A stretch of 32,000 nucleotides of DNA, taken from positions 2,190,001 to 2,222,000 of the forward strand of contig NC_014537.1 of the NCBI RefSeq assembly GCF_000148385.1, read 5' to 3'. Shown piece after piece: positions 26,485 to 32,000 of this stretch; the first letter of the stretch is position 1, and each line of letters begins with the position of its first letter. This DNA is from Vulcanisaeta distributa DSM 14429. Lineage in GTDB: Archaea > Thermoproteota > Thermoprotei > Thermoproteales > Thermocladiaceae. The notes under the pieces were generated by a model, which saw only the letters and a program-made list of their open reading frames with translations, made no database searches and had not been told where the DNA came from. A program made the translations under genes and the position numbers.

Positions 26485-26895
26485 TTGAGTGCCGTTATTA
26501 CGCGGACCCTACCACCAACCTTCTCCTTAATTCTAACGGCCCGTGGCTTTGGTGGGCCTGGTGTTGAGCATGCCGTTGATGGTATCATTAGAGTGGACCT
26601 TGATGAGATAGATGGTAAGTTGTATAGGTCAATAATTGTTTGGAAGATGAGGGATACTAAGATCTCGATGGTTAGGCATCCAATGGATATAACCGATGAG
26701 GGTGTCGTTATTTACTGGGACAAGTACCTAAAGTTAACAGCAACCTCAGCATCAATACAGCCGTTACCCAAGGAGGAAGTTGATGAAATGAGGAAGGCTA
26801 TTGAGGAAACGGAGAAAGCAACCAAAGAAGTTAAGGCCATAACGCGTGAAACTCATTTGCAGAACCAAAATCCGGAATCTCAAGACCAGCCCTAA
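26485..26895 (+). pseudogene. C-terminal remnant of a KaiC/RecA-superfamily ATPase (P-loop half missing)
   Basis: [65 protein letters not shown] matches only the C-terminal third of archaeal KaiC-like ATPases. No Walker A or B is present upstream. There is a possible TTG start at 26485. Confidence 0.6.
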
Positions 26896-26983
26896 AAACC
26901 CCAACCCTAACCTCCCTAATCCTCATAATTGATGCAATCCTTTCCCTCACTTATAAATAATATGAATATAACTTGTTCAACGC

Positions 26984-27172
26984 TTATCGGGCCCTAACCT
27001 GCTCAAATATCGTATAGCCGCACTTGCCACAAGCCCATCTAGGCACAGGGACTTTGTGATATGCCATTACCGAGCCACATCTTGGGCAGATCCTCCTTAG
27101 AAACTTTATTGTACCCTTTTCATAATCAACCTCATACCACGTATGCGCCCGTGCTTTCACTTCCTTGGGCAT
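26984..27172 (-). CDS. rps27ae: Ribosomal protein S27ae (eS31)
   Basis: 62 aa with the zinc ribbon CPRCGS...CGKCGYT. Confidence 0.9.
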   Translation of the reverse strand: MPKEVKARAHTWYEVDYEKGTIKFLRRICPRCGSVMAYHKVPVPRWACGKCGYTIFEQVRAR

Positions 27173-27263
27173 TCAGGCATGGTCCTAACACATCCCTTAT
27201 AAGATTTTTCCTTCGTAGGTCATGAACCATAAACACTTATAAGGGCTCGATGAATCATTACTT

Positions 27264-27318
27264 ACGATGATTGATGTGGCCAGGGCTGAGAGGTGATGTA
27301 AGGTCTCCCTTCCTGATA
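27264..27318 (+). ncRNA. C/D-box sRNA candidate
   Basis: C-like box ATGATTG 27267-27273, 12 nt, D' CTGA 27286-27289, linker, C' GTGATGT(A) 27293-27300, 12-13 nt, D box CTGA 27313-27316. Confidence 0.6.
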
Positions 27319-27322
27319 ATCA

Positions 27323-28525
27323 TCACCACATCGATACCCACCTCGCATTTTCATACTCCTCAAGCACGTCCTGGTAAACCTTCTTCGTCCAACGGGCAAT
27401 TCTATCCCAGGTATACCACCTGAGCACGGAGTCCCTAGCATTCCTTGCTATGCCCCTCCTCAACTCATCATTGCTGAGTAGTATCTTGGCCACGTTTATT
27501 ATCTCATCAACGTTATTAGGAGATACCTTAACCCCATTGTACCAATCACGCACAATCTCATCAGGCCCGCCAACCCTAGTCGTGATTACAGCGAGGCCTG
27601 CGGCCATGGCCTCGAGTATTGTTATTCCAAAGGGCTCATACCTACTGGGTAGTATTGCCAGGTCTGAGACCTTAAGTATTGAGTATAGTGTTTCATCATT
27701 AACCCTACCCGTGAAGTACACCTTGTTCCAAATGCCCCAATCATGGGCGAGACCCATTAGGTACTCCCTCATTGGCCCATCACCAATAACCAGGAGCTTC
27801 AGGTTCCAATCCCACTTCAATAACTCCCTGAATGCCGCCAGTACTAGGTCGGGCCCCTTCTCATGAACGAGCCTACCAACGAAGACTATAATCTTCTCAC
27901 TGGGCATTGCATATAGGTCCCTGAAGCCGGGCTTCACGCTTACGGAGTCTATGTAGGATACGTCGATTCCATTGGGAATCATTATTAATTTATCCTTTGG
28001 GACTCCGTGCACTGCCGAGACCTCGTTCATCATGTAGTTACTACAAACAATGACCTTCCACGCTTCGTAGGTCGTCCTCCACTCCCACGAATGTATTACG
28101 AGTTGCTCCTCATTGTGAATACCACCGCGCCTACCGGCCTCAGTGGCGTGTATAGTGGCAACCAGGGGTTTGTGAAGCAGGTGCTTAAGTGCGATACCTG
28201 CGGGTCCCGTTAGCCAATCATGGACGTGAATCAGGTCAAAATCCCACTTATCATAAAGCCTGAGGGCCTCCTCAATCATTTCCTCGTTGAAGTTCAGGAC
28301 CCATGTGATGAAACCCGTTGACCTAAACCTGAATGGGTCAACCCTCCTAACATGAACCCCCTCGACCTCCTCAGAGGGTGGTGAGCCAGGTAGCGCTATG
28401 CTCATCACCGTTGTATCAACACCATCCTTGACTAAATGTCTCGTAATGTGATAAACATGCCTTCCTAACCCACCGACCATGTGGGGTGGGTATTCCCAGG
28501 ACAGGTGGAGAACGCGGATTACCAC
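27323..28525 (-). CDS. GT-B fold glycosyltransferase, family 4 (group 1)
   Basis: N-terminal LSWEYPPHMVGGLGRHV and C-terminal EPFGITILEAMAAG (E-x7-E region). Confidence 0.85.
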   Translation of the reverse strand: MVIRVLHLSWEYPPHMVGGLGRHVYHITRHLVKDGVDTTVMSIALPGSPPSEEVEGVHVRRVDPFRFRSTGFITWVLNFNEEMIEEALRLYDKWDFDLIHVHDWLTGPAGIALKHLLHKPLVATIHATEAGRRGGIHNEEQLVIHSWEWRTTYEAWKVIVCSNYMMNEVSAVHGVPKDKLIMIPNGIDVSYIDSVSVKPGFRDLYAMPSEKIIVFVGRLVHEKGPDLVLAAFRELLKWDWNLKLLVIGDGPMREYLMGLAHDWGIWNKVYFTGRVNDETLYSILKVSDLAILPSRYEPFGITILEAMAAGLAVITTRVGGPDEIVRDWYNGVKVSPNNVDEIINVAKILLSNDELRRGIARNARDSVLRWYTWDRIARWTKKVYQDVLEEYENARWVSMW

Positions 28526-28628
28526 GAATATGAATTCCCATACTTATTTAAAAGTAAGATTCTACGATGAATAAGCGGTAGGGAGACCGTGTAATAAAAT
28601 TTAAAATTTATGCGAAGCGCCTTATCGC

Positions 28629-29228
28629 GTGAAGATTGTACTTGTTGCTGTACCGGGTAGTGGTAAGTCAACGACTTTGAAGTTTGTTAAGGAGATGTTA
28701 CCTGACGTGACCATTGTTAACTACGGCGATTACATGCTTGAGATAGCCAAGAGACAGTATGGAATTACCAATAGGGATGATATGAGGAAGAAACTGCCGG
28801 TTGAGGAGTATAGGAAGGTTCAGGAACTCGCGGCTGAGGAGATCGCAAAATTGCCCGGCGACGTTATTATAGACACCCACGCAAGTATTAGGGTTCAAGG
28901 TGGTTTCTACCCAGGCCTTCCCGACAGGATAATAACGAAGCTTAGACCCGACGCCATAGTACTCATGGAGTTCGACCCAAAGGACATACTTGAGAGGAGG
29001 GCTAAGGATGTGGGTCTCAGGGATAGGGAGCAGGAGTCGCCTGAGGACATAGAAATGCATCAATTAGCCAATAGGTATTATGCATTTGCAGCGGCAAACG
29101 CCGGTGAGTGCTCGGTGTACATCCTGGACTTCAGGAGGAGGCCTCAATCAAGGCCCTTTGAGCATGCCGAGATAGCCGCGAAGTTCATTGTTGACTTAAT
29201 AATGAGGAGTAGGGGTACGAAGCAGTAG
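28629..29228 (+). CDS. adkA: Archaeal-type adenylate kinase
   Basis: P-loop VAVPGSGKSTT, the IIDTHASIRVQGGFYPGLP block, and about 195 aa as in archaeal AdkA. GTG start. Confidence 0.85.
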   Translation: MKIVLVAVPGSGKSTTLKFVKEMLPDVTIVNYGDYMLEIAKRQYGITNRDDMRKKLPVEEYRKVQELAAEEIAKLPGDVIIDTHASIRVQGGFYPGLPDRIITKLRPDAIVLMEFDPKDILERRAKDVGLRDREQESPEDIEMHQLANRYYAFAAANAGECSVYILDFRRRPQSRPFEHAEIAAKFIVDLIMRSRGTKQ

Positions 29229-29287
29229 GTGGTTTCGTTATTGAGGTGCGAAATGCTTAAAATTTAACATGGAACCTTCGAAGGCGT

Positions 29288-29812
29288 ATGAAGGCATTAG
29301 TAATTGTCGCTGACATGTCGTATGAAGGGGAATACTCAATGGCAGTACAGGCACTTAGGCAGCTGGGTATGGAGGTTAATTCAGGACTAATTAGTAAGAA
29401 TGCGAATGTTAACTTCGACATTGATCTAACGGATAAATTGGGCGAGGATGTTCTTGGTGGTTATGATGTTGTGATCTTCATAGGTGGTTACTGGGCCTAC
29501 TACGCCGTTACTGGTAAGGAAATGCCAGGTAGGGTTAAGCCCATGGTTAATAGGGAGGCCTTCGAGAAGTTACTTACCCAGTCAGTAAGTGGTGGTAAGA
29601 AGACAATACTGCCCCTTGCAACTCCAGCTTACGCCGCTAAGCTTGGTCTATTAAGGGGTAAGAGGGCTACGGTTTATCCAACCACGGACTTAATAGGCAT
29701 CTTAAGGGGTAATGGTGTTGATTATGTTAATGAGGATTTCGTAATCGATGGTAACGTTATAACCCTTAAGAGGATTACCGTGGAATTCCTTACCAAGGCC
29801 CTTAATAAGTAA
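29288..29812 (+). CDS. DJ-1/PfpI-superfamily-like protein lacking the nucleophile Cys
   Basis: Flavodoxin-like layout (DVVIFIGG). The nucleophile-elbow position reads PLATPAY rather than the usual Cys-His. Confidence 0.5.
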   Translation: MKALVIVADMSYEGEYSMAVQALRQLGMEVNSGLISKNANVNFDIDLTDKLGEDVLGGYDVVIFIGGYWAYYAVTGKEMPGRVKPMVNREAFEKLLTQSVSGGKKTILPLATPAYAAKLGLLRGKRATVYPTTDLIGILRGNGVDYVNEDFVIDGNVITLKRITVEFLTKALNK

Positions 29813-29897
29813 CGATCTTAATAATTTGATTAATTAATAATGAGAGTGGAGTAAAGAAATAGTTTAAATTTACCCGTATGCCCTGCCTAAATTAATA

Positions 29898-30968
29898 ATG
29901 GCCTCAGTGCAGCGTAAGTCATTGGAGATGTATGAGATTCCTCGTGTCGTGGTATTTGGACCCAACGCCATTAGTAAGGTACCCGAAATACTGAGTAAGA
30001 TAGGGCTTGATGGATTAAGGGGTTTGATCCTCATCGGCCCTCACTTCGGTAAGCACTTAATTGAGAAGATTGAATGCAGGATTTGCGATGTTGAGGAGGT
30101 TGATGAAATAAGTCCTGAGAGAATTATCGAATTATCGAATAGGTACGCCCACGTCACTGATTACATAATAGCCCTTGGTGGTGGTAGGATAATTGATTTC
30201 GGTAAGGCCATGGCTTACATGATGAATGTACCCTACGTATCAATACCAACGATAGCGTCTCACGACGGTATAGCAAGCCCGTACGTATCACACGTACTTC
30301 AACTTGACCTTAATAAGCATGGGGTTGGTAAGGTTCAGAGGTCTCCAATAGCCATCATTGCTGACACGTCGATAATACTCGAGGCGCCAAGGAGGTACTT
30401 ACTAGCCGGTATTGGTGAGTTAGTTGGTAAGTTAATAGCTGTTAAGGATTGGGAATTAGCCGTCAGGGTTAAGGGTGAGGAGTTCAGTGAGTATGCGGCG
30501 GCCCTCGCCAAGGATAGCGCATTGATAGTCCTTAGGAATAGGGATAGGTTGAAGGTTCATAATGAGGAGAGCGTTAGGATAGTAGTAAAGGCGTTGCTGG
30601 GTTGTGGAGTCGCTATGGCCATTGCCGGTAGCTCAAGGCCATGTAGCGGTTCCGAGCATTTATTTAGCCACGCGATAGACCTGTTGGCGAGGGAAAGGGG
30701 GTTCAGACCTGCACTGCATGGTGAGCAGGTGGCGCTCGGCGCGATAATGATGGCTTACCTACACGGCATGAGGTGGAGGAGGATAAGGTCATTCCTTCAG
30801 AGCCTGAACATTCCAGTCACGGCTAAGGAACTCGGTCTCGATAGGGAAATAATAATTGAGGCGTTGACAATAGCGCATAATGTTAGGCCCGATAGATTCA
30901 CCATATTGGGGGCTGGCTTAACGCGTAAGGCTGCTGAAAACCTCGTTGAGATTACGGGCGTTGCCTAA
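29898..30968 (+). CDS. egsA: sn-Glycerol-1-phosphate dehydrogenase (archaeal lipid backbone synthesis)
   Basis: Fe-ADH/DHQS-like fold: GGGRIIDFGK, SIPTIASHDGIASP, SGSEHLFSHA, LHGEQVALG. About 350 aa. Confidence 0.85.
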   Translation: MASVQRKSLEMYEIPRVVVFGPNAISKVPEILSKIGLDGLRGLILIGPHFGKHLIEKIECRICDVEEVDEISPERIIELSNRYAHVTDYIIALGGGRIIDFGKAMAYMMNVPYVSIPTIASHDGIASPYVSHVLQLDLNKHGVGKVQRSPIAIIADTSIILEAPRRYLLAGIGELVGKLIAVKDWELAVRVKGEEFSEYAAALAKDSALIVLRNRDRLKVHNEESVRIVVKALLGCGVAMAIAGSSRPCSGSEHLFSHAIDLLARERGFRPALHGEQVALGAIMMAYLHGMRWRRIRSFLQSLNIPVTAKELGLDREIIIEALTIAHNVRPDRFTILGAGLTRKAAENLVEITGVA

Positions 30969-30974
30969 TGCGGA

Positions 30975-31904
30975 CTAAATGACCCTAATTAATACGTAGC
31001 CAAACACGAGGCCGATAATTATCGATACTATGAAGCCAAGTATTAACTCATTGAAGTACTTCAGGTTTATTATCCTAAACCTATGCGCTGCCCCGACACC
31101 CACTAGACCGAAGGACGTGGTTACCGTGACGGGCATCGGCACCGAGTATATGGTCCCGATCTCCATGGCAATGAACGAGAATAGCTGAACGGTGAAGCTG
31201 GTTAACGGCCCCAACGTGAATAGACCAGTGCTGAGTCTATACAGTGTTCTCCAACCAATTAGTAATACGCCAAGTATTGAACTAATGATTATTAGCAACA
31301 GCCCCTTATAACTAAAGTTTAGTAGTGCCCATAGTAATCCAAGGTTATTTGCACCGAAGGAGAAGGATAGCAGGAAGACTGTGAGTATGGATAATACGCG
31401 GTAAATGCCCACGTACCTAAACGACAACCTCGAAAGGGCACCCAAGGATTTATAGAGAATGTATGAAAGTAACATTACGATTATGGGCAGGGACAACCAG
31501 TAACCAAGTACGAAGACCGCATTCCCCATCATGCGCCCCAACGCCAGTGAAGCGCCAACCAGGCTTGCGTATAGGGAGCCTGTTAGTGACATTGGAACCC
31601 TCATGCTCTCGCCAACTATGAATATCACTATGGTAACAGCCATGGCCACCATGGCAACGTCACCACTCACCACATTAGCCCTCATGTAAGTACCCTGCAG
31701 CCATAACCCAAGTATATAACCAAGTAATGCAATTATTACGGCATATTTATAATCAATTGACCTGGAGCCAACGGCAGCGCCAGCGTTAGCTGATAGGTTA
31801 TTCCCAGAGACTAGGAATGACAATAAAAATGCCAGCGCGTAATTTATGACCAGGGTATACGCCATATTAGGCAGGTGTGATAATTTAATAACTTTTAAAC
31901 CCAA
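30975..31904 (-). CDS. Polytopic membrane protein distantly resembling PiT/PHO4 phosphate permeases, with altered signatures
   Basis: Two signature-like segments, SGNNLSANAGAAVGS and FGANNLGLLWA, correspond to the GANDVAN repeats of PiT. There are about 8-9 hydrophobic helices. Confidence 0.6.
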   Translation of the reverse strand: MGLKVIKLSHLPNMAYTLVINYALAFLLSFLVSGNNLSANAGAAVGSRSIDYKYAVIIALLGYILGLWLQGTYMRANVVSGDVAMVAMAVTIVIFIVGESMRVPMSLTGSLYASLVGASLALGRMMGNAVFVLGYWLSLPIIVMLLSYILYKSLGALSRLSFRYVGIYRVLSILTVFLLSFSFGANNLGLLWALLNFSYKGLLLIIISSILGVLLIGWRTLYRLSTGLFTLGPLTSFTVQLFSFIAMEIGTIYSVPMPVTVTTSFGLVGVGAAHRFRIINLKYFNELILGFIVSIIIGLVFGYVLIRVI

Positions 31905-31916
31905 CCCACGTATTTA

Positions 31917-32000
31917 TCATCGCCTCAAATCATTAATTATTAACTCAGCAACCCTCTTACCACTCATTATCATTGAACCGAATATAGGCCCCATCCTCGG
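31917..32000 (-). CDS. thi4: Thiazole synthase Thi4, C-terminal end only (gene continues beyond the window)
   Basis: My minus-strand translation is PRMGPIFGSMIMSGKRVAELIINDLRR-stop, which matches the conserved Thi4 C-terminus (RMGP.FG.M.LSG). Confidence 0.7.
   Translation of the reverse strand, partial: PRMGPIFGSMIMSGKRVAELIINDLRR

Noticed and set aside
26334-26588. 84-aa minus-strand ORF spanning the right island boundary. I considered it as the missing 5' part of the enolase-family gene.
   Set aside because: The P/G/R/L-rich translation shows no enolase N-terminal capping-domain pattern, and it overlaps better-supported plus-strand frames.
24890-26895. Idea that the LAGLIDADG ORF is an intein inside the KaiC-like ATPase
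   Set aside because: A stop at 26441-26443 and a frame change separate the two ORFs. There are no N-terminal Cys/Ser splicing block and no C-terminal HN plus nucleophile. The N-terminal extein (P-loop half) is absent, and the ORF has its own TATA-like box.
26890-26919. Three CCCTAA hexamers (telomere-like on the reverse strand) in a G-free 40-nt stretch after the KaiC-like remnant
   Set aside because: There are only three irregularly spaced copies in low-complexity C/T/A-rich 3' sequence, which is consistent with chance or a pyrimidine-rich terminator region.
27321-27327. Minus-strand GTGATGA C-box-like heptamer at the end of the GT4 gene
   Set aside because: It arises from the terminal Trp codon plus the TGA stop. 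No CTGA D box follows at sRNA spacing on that strand.
28526-28628. C-box-like CGATGAA in the GT4/adkA intergenic region
   Set aside because: No D box (CTGA) follows at the required distance. The region is better explained as a divergent AT-rich promoter region.
1-32000. Search for tRNA, rRNA and CRISPR arrays, and for a tRNA-type att site next to the island
   Set aside because: I saw no T-arm/acceptor-like GGTTCRAATCC signatures and no regularly spaced direct repeats of CRISPR type on either strand. The only spaced repeat is the 82-bp pair at 24107-24320, which has two copies and no spacer architecture.

Overview
The window looks like a chromosomal segment of a thermophilic crenarchaeon. My guess is Thermoproteales, Vulcanisaeta/Caldivirga-like, judged only from gene content and style; I cannot verify it here. 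It holds about 40 tightly packed genes, mostly housekeeping: Nudix hydrolase, endonuclease III, proteasome beta, long FKBP, CTP synthase, deoxyhypusine synthase, aKMT-like methyltransferase, M48 membrane protease, HerA/FtsK-like ATPase, XPD-like FeS helicase, TatD, ThiR-like regulator, RimK-type ATP-grasp, UbiD-family decarboxylase, enolase-superfamily enzyme, S27ae, GT4 glycosyltransferase, archaeal adenylate kinase, G1P dehydrogenase, a PiT-like permease and the 3' end of thi4. I found three C/D-box sRNA candidates in intergenic gaps, and no tRNA, rRNA or CRISPR. The clear outlier is a roughly 2.5-kb island at 23985-26476. It is visibly more G+C-rich than its surroundings and is bounded by a 15-nt near-identical direct repeat. 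On each side sits a gene that has lost its 5' end: an enolase-family gene on the left and a KaiC-like ATPase remnant on the right. The island carries an 82-bp GT-rich segment present twice, two decayed small ORFs, and one intact 517-aa ORF with a two-motif LAGLIDADG-type core that is neither intron- nor intein-borne. I read this as a candidate homing-endonuclease-type selfish element, possibly related to the Pyrobaculum paREP2 repeat family. Secondary leads are a co-directional XPD-like helicase plus membrane-anchored HerA-like ATPase cluster, an overlapping wHTH plus M48 protease pair resembling BlaI/BlaR1 logic, an aKMT-wHTH fusion, and a PiT-like permease with altered signature residues 12 nt downstream of thi4. 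All functional calls come from motif reading of the supplied translations; no database searches were run.
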